From an uncultured Clostridia bacterium (GTDB lineage: Bacteria; Acidobacteriota; Blastocatellia; UBA7656; JADIYM01), in contig CAZQBW010000003.1 in NCBI GenBank assembly GCA_964591515.1, forward strand, positions 1-61,895: DNA of 61,895 nt, written 5' to 3'. Every line of letters starts with the position of its first letter. Position 1 is the first letter of the stretch. Shown one piece after another: positions 1 to 7,880 of the stretch. The notes under the pieces were generated by a model. That model did not search any database, had not been told where the DNA came from, and worked only from the letters and a program-made list of their open reading frames with translations. The position numbers and the translations under genes are program-made.

Positions 1-73
1 CAGTCCAGAGAAGACGCGCGTCGCAGGCGATGCCGCGCCCGTCGTCGTGTTGCCTACCATTCTCGAGACAATG

Positions 74-186
74 CGACCGCTCCGCGGTCGGCGTGCTCTG
101 GGTGGAGGTACCGCGGGTCGCCCGAGGGCTCGTTGCACTCGCCCCCGTCCGACCCACGTCTATTTCCTTCGACCGCTCCGCGGTCG
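74..186. repeat. Two copies of the 17-bp hairpin CGACCGC-TCC-GCGGTCG (74-90, 170-186), REP-like
   Basis: Identical 17-mers, each a perfect 7-bp inverted repeat with a 3-nt loop. Confidence 0.7.
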
Positions 187-410
187 TGCGCGGTGGGCTG
201 TGGTTCTTTCGCGCCTCCGGCGCTCTCGGAGCCTGGTGCATCGGCGGGCTGAGCCCGTCGCGGCCAAGCGCGGAGTCGCGGATCTCAATCGTTGACTCAG
301 GATCGACGCTGGACGACTATGGGCACGCCATTGCAGCGGATTGCTCTCGCGCAGTTCAAACGCTGCTCCTTGCCAGGCACAACCCCAACACGACACGAGA
401 GGTGATCAAC

Positions 411-686
411 GTGACAACTCCCACCGATCCCATCGAAGACCTCCAGGCCCGCGTTGAATTCCTTGAGAGTGTGCTTTACACGCTCGGTGCCTTTCTCACC
501 GGCAGGGCTGATCCGTCGACGCTTCCGTCATTGAAGTCGTTTCCAGTGAACGACCAGGATCAAGCCCGCATTCTTACTGCATTCGCTGAGGTCCTCGTAG
601 GCGAGCGAGTTCCGAAGTGTCCGCCGTGGTGTCCCATCAACTCGCCTAACACCGACCTCGTCCGGCCTTCGAACTGGCCGACATAG
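411..686 (+). CDS. Small hypothetical protein (91 aa)
   Basis: GTG at 411 preceded by GAGGTGA (398-404), in the frame of track ORF 30..686. The 3' part reads like a real protein; the 5' extension runs through repeats. Confidence 0.45.
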   Translation: MTTPTDPIEDLQARVEFLESVLYTLGAFLTGRADPSTLPSLKSFPVNDQDQARILTAFAEVLVGERVPKCPPWCPINSPNTDLVRPSNWPT

Positions 687-709
687 ACGACGGGGGGCGA
701 CGCACTTAT

Positions 710-3700
710 TTACGGCAGGTTCAGCAGGAGCGCATCCGACGTCGGCTGTGTTCTAGTGAACGCGACCTGTTCGCCTCGCGGAGCGAAGGCAAGAACCTTC
801 TCCGCCGGGAATCGGGTCTGCTGGGAGCGGGCATTTCCTTCGAGCTGGATTGACCAGATCTGCGCAGCTTCAGGGCTGTCAGAAAGGTACAAGAGTGATC
901 GGCCGTCGTCGGAGAACCTCAGGCACTGCAGCTCGAATCTGTCGACAGCGAGGAAGGCGATGTCTCCAAGGTGTTGTTCGTCATCGCCGTCCAATGACTT
1001 GACAGTCGCAATCCAGGCGCCGCTCCCGGAGTCGAAACTGGCGAAGGCCACCAACCGGCCGTCGGCGGAAACCGTTGGCCAGGCGCCCGTTCCCCGGCTG
1101 ATCCTCACGGGAGTTCCTCCTACGGTTCGCACTTTGCTGATCACTACAGATTGACCCGCGAACTCCTGATACACGATCCACTCGCCGTCGGGCGTGCAAG
1201 ATGGGTACTGGTCGAACTGACCGAACGTCAGCTGGACCGGCGACGATCCGTCCGAATTCGAGCGCCAGATGTTGAACGAACCAGCTCGATTCGAGCTGTA
1301 GTAGATGAAGCGGCCGTCCCGCGACATCACCGGATCTTTCTCGATAGAACTGTCGAACGTGATCTGCCGCGGGCTCGACCCCGTTGAACTGCAGCTCCAG
1401 ATATCCGGCGACCCGCCCGACGCCGACGCGTAGAGTAGTCCGCCATCGGGGGTCCACGAAATCCCGTAATACCTCGATACTCCCAGGGGAAGCTGGCGCG
1501 CGTCGCTTGAATCCGGAAGCGTGGCTACCCAGACGCTGGTCGGAAGGCTGGTTCGCACCGAGACCAGTTTCTTCATGTCCGACGAGGCGGTGACTCCGTC
1601 GTTACTGTTCAGGTCGGCCCGGACTGCCTCCCACTGTCCGCTCGGGTATGCGACCTTGCATATCTGCATTGACCCGAGGGGCTCGCTTGAAGCCGAGATC
1701 AGCAGCGCGTGCCCATCGGCGAGCCACTGGAGCCTGCCAATGTAATACCAGTCGGGTTGCGTAAGCGGCACGATGGAGCCGTCAGCAAGTTGCACGAGCC
1801 CAATGTAGCCACGAAAGCCGGAAGTGGTGTCCAGGATCGAACACGCGATCCGGTCACCATCCGGCGACCATGCCGGACACTCGGGAGCAAACATTTGCTC
1901 CCCGGCTGTGGCAACAACGAGTCGTACGTCGACGCCGTCCTTGCTCGCAACCGCCAGCTCCCGAACGCTGGGCTCCGAACCGCTCCTGATGAAGGCAAGT
2001 CGCTGGCCGTCCGGAGAGAACGTCACCGCGCTCTCGATGCCAGTCAGAAGTCGTTGCGGAGTGCCGCCGCCGATTGAGACTCGCATCAAGGTGCTCGCGC
2101 CGGTGATCGGCGGCTCCTCGACGAAATACACGTAGTTCCCATCCGGCGAGAACGTCAGGCCGTACAACCGCGCGTCGGTCGGCTCGCCGAGTGGCATCGT
2201 GCCCCGCGTTGGCAGATGCACGACGCTCAGCTGATACTGCGATCCGACGCGCATCACCGTCGCCACTCGCGTCCCGTCCGGCGAGATAGCCGCGTCGACG
2301 GCATTGCCCGTATTCGTGATCAGCTCTCCCGCGGCTGCCGCCGCCGCCGGACGCGCCGGCTCCTGCATCGCCGGCTGCGCGAATCGCCACGCCCCGTAAC
2401 CGGCCACTCCGAGCACCGCCGCAATCCCAACCGCCGCCGCAACCGATCGCACCGCGTGCCAGCGACGCTCCGCGCCGAGTGCGGCCGATGACGAACCCAC
2501 GCCCGACGGCGCGACCTCCGTCGGCGGAATCTCGTGCGTCGGCAGCGACGAAACCTCGGCCTGCGCCGGTGAAACGCGCCGCTCCGTCTGCTCCAGAGCC
2601 GCGCGAAGTTCCGCGATGAACGCCCCCGCCGTCGCCGGCCTCTCGGCGCGCACCTTCGCCATCGCCCGCGCGAGCGTCTCCGAGAACGCCCTCGAGATCG
2701 CCGGATCCGATTCGCTCAAAAGCGGCGGCGGATCGATCAGGTGCGCGCGCCGGATCTCGCTCATGCTCCGCCCGCGGAACGGCTGGCGCCCGCTCAGCAT
2801 CTCGAACATCACCACGCCGAAGCTGTACACGTCCGCGCGCCCGTCGATGTCCGGTCCCCCGTCATCCTGCGGCGTTCCCCATTGCTCGGGCGACATGTAG
2901 GACGGCGTTCCGATGAAGTGGCCCGGGTGCGTGACGTTGTGATCGGTGCCTGACGGCTCCGAGAGGATCTCCTGCAGCTTCACGATCCCGAGGTCGAGCA
3001 GCTTCGCCGTCCGCTTCGCCCCCGACACGCTCAACATGATGTTGTCGGGCTTCATGTCCCGGTGGACGATGCCGTGTGCGTGCGCCTCGTCGAGCGCGGC
3101 GGCAATCGGCTCGAGCAACGTGAGCGCGTCGCCCGGAACGAACTTCCCGCGCAGCTCGAGCTCGTCGCGCAGCGTGTGCCCCTCGACGTACTCCTGCACC
3201 ATGTAGGTAAGGCCGTCCTTCGACGCACGCAGGTCGTACACCGTCACCAGATTCGGATGGCTGATCGCCCGCGCCGCCCGGCCCTCGCGCAGGAATCTCT
3301 CGATGCGCTCCGGATCCGAGCTGAGCTGGCGCGGCAGCACCTTGATCGCGACGAAGTCCCTCAGCAGCGCGTGCCTTGCCAGATAGACGACCCCGAAGCC
3401 TCCGCGGCCGATCATCCGCGTCACGTGGTACAGCCCGTCGATCGTCGTGTCGACGAGCGCTTCAGGATCCTCTACGAGCACCTCGCCGTCGACGGGGCAG
3501 ACGATGTCGGCGGTCGAGAACCGGCCGCTGCACCGCGGGCAGAACCGGAGCCTGCCGCTCGAGATGGCCTCGTGTCGTCCGCCGGGCTCGGTCGAGATGT
3601 CGGCTGCGGCCGCAGTGGCTGTCGTTCCCGTCGCTTCTTCGGGTTCCGGAAGGAAGCCGACGGCCTCTTCATCCGCTTCGAGGAGAGCGTCGACCTCGCG

Positions 3701-3814
3701 CCGCAGCGCGTCGTTGCCCGCACACGCCGTGTCCAGGAAAGCGACTCGCTCCTCCGTCGGCAGCTCGACTGCCTCGTTGAACAGGTCCTTGACGCGTTGC
3801 CAGTCGACGCTCAT
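710..3814 (-). CDS. Membrane Ser/Thr protein kinase with extracytoplasmic TolB/PD40-like beta-propeller (1034 aa)
   Basis: Start MSVDWQRVKDLF overlaps the ECF stop (ATGA). Kinase motifs GRGGFGVVY, VAIK, HRDMKPDN, DLG, GTPSYMSPEQ; TM segment VAAAVGIAAVLGVAGYGAW; repeated SPDG/TPDG blades. Confidence 0.92.
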   Translation of the reverse strand: MSVDWQRVKDLFNEAVELPTEERVAFLDTACAGNDALRREVDALLEADEEAVGFLPEPEEATGTTATAAAADISTEPGGRHEAISSGRLRFCPRCSGRFSTADIVCPVDGEVLVEDPEALVDTTIDGLYHVTRMIGRGGFGVVYLARHALLRDFVAIKVLPRQLSSDPERIERFLREGRAARAISHPNLVTVYDLRASKDGLTYMVQEYVEGHTLRDELELRGKFVPGDALTLLEPIAAALDEAHAHGIVHRDMKPDNIMLSVSGAKRTAKLLDLGIVKLQEILSEPSGTDHNVTHPGHFIGTPSYMSPEQWGTPQDDGGPDIDGRADVYSFGVVMFEMLSGRQPFRGRSMSEIRRAHLIDPPPLLSESDPAISRAFSETLARAMAKVRAERPATAGAFIAELRAALEQTERRVSPAQAEVSSLPTHEIPPTEVAPSGVGSSSAALGAERRWHAVRSVAAAVGIAAVLGVAGYGAWRFAQPAMQEPARPAAAAAAGELITNTGNAVDAAISPDGTRVATVMRVGSQYQLSVVHLPTRGTMPLGEPTDARLYGLTFSPDGNYVYFVEEPPITGASTLMRVSIGGGTPQRLLTGIESAVTFSPDGQRLAFIRSGSEPSVRELAVASKDGVDVRLVVATAGEQMFAPECPAWSPDGDRIACSILDTTSGFRGYIGLVQLADGSIVPLTQPDWYYIGRLQWLADGHALLISASSEPLGSMQICKVAYPSGQWEAVRADLNSNDGVTASSDMKKLVSVRTSLPTSVWVATLPDSSDARQLPLGVSRYYGISWTPDGGLLYASASGGSPDIWSCSSTGSSPRQITFDSSIEKDPVMSRDGRFIYYSSNRAGSFNIWRSNSDGSSPVQLTFGQFDQYPSCTPDGEWIVYQEFAGQSVVISKVRTVGGTPVRISRGTGAWPTVSADGRLVAFASFDSGSGAWIATVKSLDGDDEQHLGDIAFLAVDRFELQCLRFSDDGRSLLYLSDSPEAAQIWSIQLEGNARSQQTRFPAEKVLAFAPRGEQVAFTRTQPTSDALLLNLP

Positions 3815-4389
3815 CGATCTACCTCGTTGCCGGCGATCTCCCGCTTCAACCACGCGCGCGCCAGGCGCCACTCGCGCTCGACCGTCGCCGTCCCGACGCC
3901 GACGACCTCCGCGGTCTCGGCGATGCTCAGGCCGCCGAAGTAACGCAACTCGACGATTCGCGCAAGCCTCGGGTCCTCCACGGCCAGGAGCTCGAGCGCG
4001 TCGTTGAGCGCGATGACTTCGACGTCGAACTGCACCGGAACCGGCAGCTGTTCGTCGTACGTGACGCGAAGGTGCGCGCCGGCGCGCTTGCCGGCGCGGT
4101 GCCGGCGCGCGTGGTCGACGAGCGTCTGGCGCATCATCGTTGCCGCGATGCCGAGGAAGTGCGCGCGGCTCTCGGGCTGCAGTCCGCTCTGGTCCGCGAG
4201 CTTCAGATAGGCCTCGTGCACGAGCGCCGTCGGCTGGAGCGTGTGCTCGCGCCGCTCGCCCTTCAGGTACCCGGCCGCGATCCGGCGCAACTCGGCGTAG
4301 ACGAGCGGCATGAGCTCGTCGAGAGCGGCCCGGTCTCCAGCCTGAAGCTTCTGGAGCAGAAGCGTGACCTCGTCCTGCGTGGTTCGCAT
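3811..4389 (-). CDS. ECF RNA polymerase sigma factor, TIGR02999/ECF43-like kinase-associated type (192 aa)
   Basis: MRTTQDEVTLLL...LMPLVYAELRRIA...HTLQPTALVHEAYLKL...ELRYFGGLSIAETA...WRLARAWL; translationally coupled to the kinase. Confidence 0.92.
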   Translation of the reverse strand: MRTTQDEVTLLLQKLQAGDRAALDELMPLVYAELRRIAAGYLKGERREHTLQPTALVHEAYLKLADQSGLQPESRAHFLGIAATMMRQTLVDHARRHRAGKRAGAHLRVTYDEQLPVPVQFDVEVIALNDALELLAVEDPRLARIVELRYFGGLSIAETAEVVGVGTATVEREWRLARAWLKREIAGNEVDR

Positions 4390-4532
4390 CGCTCGCCGTC
4401 TTCGAAAAAGTTTGGGGGGCTTCATCCGGGCGTGATGGAAGCCGACCCCGATTATCGCTCTCCGTGGTGGATGCAGCAAGAAGCCGATTGGGTGGCCAAC
4501 GGCAACAACGACAGATTTGGAGGACAACAGCG

Positions 4533-4988
4533 ATGATGATCAGAACGATTCTCGGTCGGACCACGTGCCGATGCGCGGTGCTGGCGATGGCGGTGGGAAT
4601 GGCGGTCGGCTTCGGCGTGGCGCCGGCCGAGGCGGGGATTGGCGGGCATATTGACGTGACGATCCCGTTCGCGTTCAAGGCCGGTCGGAACGCCATGCCA
4701 GCGGGCGAATACACGGTTCGGGTCGTCGGCGACGGAGTGCTCTCGCTCGTCGCCGAGAGCGGCGATCGCGCGCTCGTGCTCGCACGCAGCGAGAGCACGG
4801 GAGAGTCGGGGACCGGCGTTCCCAGCCTCGTCTTCGCGTGCTACGGCACGGAGCGTTTCCTTAGCGAGGTGCGCTCGGGCTGGGACGGCACGCGACTGCA
4901 CGTCGCGAAGACGAGATCGGAGGAGCGGCTTGCGAAGGCCGCCGATTCACCGGGAACGGTGCTCGTGATCGCGGCACGCGGCCGGTAG
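4533..4988 (+). CDS. Small secreted protein (151 aa) with IPFAF-x-AG-x3-PAGEYTV motif
   Basis: GGAGG at 4519-4523; Sec signal ending AEA; divergent from the ECF gene. Confidence 0.75.
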   Translation: MMIRTILGRTTCRCAVLAMAVGMAVGFGVAPAEAGIGGHIDVTIPFAFKAGRNAMPAGEYTVRVVGDGVLSLVAESGDRALVLARSESTGESGTGVPSLVFACYGTERFLSEVRSGWDGTRLHVAKTRSEERLAKAADSPGTVLVIAARGR

Positions 4989-5084
4989 GCGACACGAATC
5001 GATGAGAACCGCGGGTCGAGCGCAGCATCGGGCGACGTTGCGCCGGCCCGCGGTGTCGTTTCGGATGTCAGGATTTCGGGAGTT

Positions 5085-5195
5085 AGAAGGCGTGGCCGTA
5101 CAGAGTGCACAGAGTCACAGAGCCCTCAGTCTGACGAAATCGTTCAGACTCTGTGCTCTTCGTGGCTCTGTGCTCTTTGTGCGGCCACGCCTTCT
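5085..5195. repeat. CACAGAG/CTCTGTG-family palindromic repeat, tail-to-tail type
   Basis: AGAAGGCGTGGCCGTAC... pairs with ...GCGGCCACGCCTTCT; lies between convergent genes. Confidence 0.85.
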
Positions 5196-5204
5196 TCCTC
5201 TTCT

Positions 5205-6872
5205 CTACCGCACTGCCGAGCCGAAGCGCTCGCTGTCCTTGCGGGTGCCGTCGACGCCCGACGCACCCTGCGACCAGAGCTGGACGCCCGACTCGGTGAT
5301 CGGGCCCGACAGGCTCGAGTACACGATGTGGACCGCCCCGCAGTCTTGATCGTTGTCGATGTCCTCGAACGGAACGCCGATCGCGAGATCCTCGAATCCG
5401 TCCCCGTTGTAGTCGCCGTTCGAGAGCGCCGCCCCGAATTCGTCGCCGGCCTCGGGCGAGCCGGAGTGGATGAAGGACTGCGTGAGTACCATCTGGTCGC
5501 TCAGGTCGACACCGAACGACTTGGACATGAAGACGTGGACGCTGCCGGCGCCGTCCTGGGTTCCGACCCGATCGCCCGGGACGCCGATGACGAGATCCTC
5601 GAAGAAGTCCGCGCCGAGCTTTGCGATCGTGAGCGTCTCGCCAAACCGGTCGCCGGCCTCGGCGACGCCCTGGACACCGCCAAGGTCCTCGTGGATCACC
5701 GTCGCGAAGCGCGTGAACGCTCCCGTCGCCGAACCGAGAAACAGCATCACCGAGCCCGAGTCGATGGCGCCGCTCGTGTCGTCGCCGGGCAGGCCGACCG
5801 CGAGGTCGTCGAAGCCGTCGCCGTTCGTGTCGCCGGCCGCGAGGGCCGATCCGAAGGCGTAACCGGTGTTGTCCGCAACGATATTGAGGATCTTTGTGCG
5901 GCGCTGGAGCTGCCGCGATCCGGTCGACGTGATCCCGACGCCGGCTTCACCGAATAGAACGTGGACCGTGCCCTCATCGGGGGTAATGCCGTTGTCCTCG
6001 AACGGCGTGCCGATCGCGAGATCCGAAACGAGGTCTCCGTTGAAATCGCCGGTCGCGAGTGCATCGCCGAATCGGTCACCGGACTCCGCAAGATCGCCGA
6101 TGCCCGGCGAGTCCTGCGACCAGAGCTGATCGGCGGCCGCCGACAGCCCCGACGCCGTTCCGTACAGCACGTGAACCACGCCGTGCTGGACGCCCGACAC
6201 GCCGGCGATGGCCTCGCGCGGGGCGCCGATGGCAAGGTCCGTACGGCCGTCGGCGTTGAAGTCGCCCGATGCTAGCCGGAGGCCGAAATGGTCCCCGGGT
6301 TCGCTCACGTCTTCGACCCCCGGCGTATCCTGCGAAAAGACCTGGTCGTCGTTGCGGTCGAGTCCGCCGGCGCCGCCGTAGAACACGCTGACACGCCCGC
6401 CCACTATGTTGTTCTGGAGCTCGTCGACCATGGGACTGCCGATCGCGATGTCGGAGTATCCGTCGCCGTCGAAGTCGCCCGACGCGAGTGCGGCGCCGAA
6501 GTTGTCGTAGTCCTTCGGGACTCCCGAGACGCCAGCGTCGCGCATGTCGAAGGCCTGGTCACCGGACGACGAGATGCCGGACGTCGTGCCGTAGAGCGCG
6601 TTGATCTGGCCGGCTTCGTAGAGCGGGAACGTGAACGGCGCGATACCGATCGCCTCGCCCGGCGAGCCGACGACGAGGTCGTCGATGCCGTCACCGTCGT
6701 AGTCGCTTCGCTCGCCGGATGCCACGGGGTCCATGGCGACGTGAATGACCGGCGTCGACGCCGGCAAGGCTGACGACGGTCCGCCGAACACGGCGGTCGT
6801 GAGAAGCGTCAGGCACGCGAGCGACGCAGCGCGTCGAATTCCGAACGCGGCGGTTCGGGGGTTTGGCAGCAT
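5205..6872 (-). CDS. Secreted FG-GAP (integrin alpha-like) seven-blade beta-propeller protein (555 aa)
   Basis: ATG at 6872 with GGAGG; signal peptide; seven repeats with DxDGDG-like Ca loops (DYDGDG, DFDGDG, DFNADG, DFNGDL, DTNGDG, KLGADF, DYNGDG) and FG-x-AL motifs. Confidence 0.9.
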   Translation of the reverse strand: MLPNPRTAAFGIRRAASLACLTLLTTAVFGGPSSALPASTPVIHVAMDPVASGERSDYDGDGIDDLVVGSPGEAIGIAPFTFPLYEAGQINALYGTTSGISSSGDQAFDMRDAGVSGVPKDYDNFGAALASGDFDGDGYSDIAIGSPMVDELQNNIVGGRVSVFYGGAGGLDRNDDQVFSQDTPGVEDVSEPGDHFGLRLASGDFNADGRTDLAIGAPREAIAGVSGVQHGVVHVLYGTASGLSAAADQLWSQDSPGIGDLAESGDRFGDALATGDFNGDLVSDLAIGTPFEDNGITPDEGTVHVLFGEAGVGITSTGSRQLQRRTKILNIVADNTGYAFGSALAAGDTNGDGFDDLAVGLPGDDTSGAIDSGSVMLFLGSATGAFTRFATVIHEDLGGVQGVAEAGDRFGETLTIAKLGADFFEDLVIGVPGDRVGTQDGAGSVHVFMSKSFGVDLSDQMVLTQSFIHSGSPEAGDEFGAALSNGDYNGDGFEDLAIGVPFEDIDNDQDCGAVHIVYSSLSGPITESGVQLWSQGASGVDGTRKDSERFGSAVR

Positions 6873-6994
6873 GGAAGTGTCCTCCTGGCGGTGTTGCGAG
6901 CGGTGTTGGAACCGCACGCTGTCACCGTAGGACCTTCCACGCGACTAGGTCTTAAGCCCCGGGTAAAGAAACCCTAGCGAAGTTCTAAGGGAGT

Positions 6995-7126
6995 GGTGAG
7001 TGGACAGGATTGACAGGAGTCTCAGAGGATTGACAGGAGTATCTTGGGCGATTCGGAACGGGTTCAATTGATCCAAGACCGTTCCTGCAAATCCTCTGAA
7101 AATCCCGTCAATCCTGTCCACTCACC
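6995..7126. repeat. ~130-bp palindromic element, copy A (GTGAGTGGACAGGATT family)
   Basis: Perfect 20-bp terminal inverted repeat 6995-7014 / 7107-7126; internal core shared with the copy at 23570-23705. Confidence 0.85.
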
Positions 7127-7130
7127 TCTT

Positions 7131-7841
7131 CTACTTCAGTCGCTTTCCGACGACGGACCAATCCACATTCTTGAAGAACGCGTCGACGTAGGCCTTGCGG
7201 CCCTGCGCGCCAAACTGCAGCACGTACGCGTGCTCCCAGACGTCCATGACGAGGATCGGCGTGAACCCGGCCGGGTGGAAGTACTCGTGATCGCTGATCC
7301 AGTGGTGCGAGAGCGCGCCGTTCATCGGATCCTGATAGAGCATCGACCAGCCGATTCCGCGCATCATCCCGGTCCGCACGAAGTCCGCCATCCACGCGTC
7401 CCACGTTCCCCATACCGCTTCGACCGCCGCCTTCAGCTTCGCATCCACCGGGGACCCGCCCGACTTCATCGATCCGAAGTAGTACTCGTGGAGCCGCATG
7501 CCGTTGTACTCGAACCCGAGTCGCCTTCGCGTCTCCGCGAAATCCGCCGAGTCCGTCTTTCCCGCGGCGATCATTTCGGAAAGTGCCGTGTTCGCCTTGT
7601 TCGTGTTCGTAACGTAGCCGGCGTACAGCTTGTAGTGCTGCTCGAGCATGTCCTTGTTCAGCCCGACGAGGTCGTCGAGCTTGTAGACGACCGGCGCATA
7701 GGCCGGCACCTTCATGCCGGGCGCCGCCGGTTTCGCCATCATCTGACCGTCCTGCGCGCTCGCACCCGCTGCTCCGACCGCGAGGCCAGTGCCCGCGACC
7801 GCGATCGACTGCAGGGCACTGCGCCGAGTGATGTTCGCCAT
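7131..7841 (-). CDS. sod: Fe/Mn superoxide dismutase with Tat-type signal peptide
   Basis: Ligand motifs EQHYKLY, LHEYYF, DVWEHAY; N-terminus ITRRSALQ...ASA. Confidence 0.88.
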   Translation of the reverse strand: MANITRRSALQSIAVAGTGLAVGAAGASAQDGQMMAKPAAPGMKVPAYAPVVYKLDDLVGLNKDMLEQHYKLYAGYVTNTNKANTALSEMIAAGKTDSADFAETRRRLGFEYNGMRLHEYYFGSMKSGGSPVDAKLKAAVEAVWGTWDAWMADFVRTGMMRGIGWSMLYQDPMNGALSHHWISDHEYFHPAGFTPILVMDVWEHAYVLQFGAQGRKAYVDAFFKNVDWSVVGKRLK

Positions 7842-7880
7842 GGTGTCCTCCCTCTCGAAGAGCCCGCCGCCTGGCGGGGT

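Noticed and set aside
3815-4798. N-terminal 328 aa of the 1362-aa kinase ORF
   Set aside because: Overlaps the ECF gene and the divergent secreted gene; Arg/Pro-rich off-frame composition; the real start is the ATGA overlap at 3814.
6920-6990. AT-rich CTAG/CTTAAG-containing tract as a regulator site
   Set aside because: No clear dyad or promoter consensus; probably the promoter region of the FG-GAP gene.
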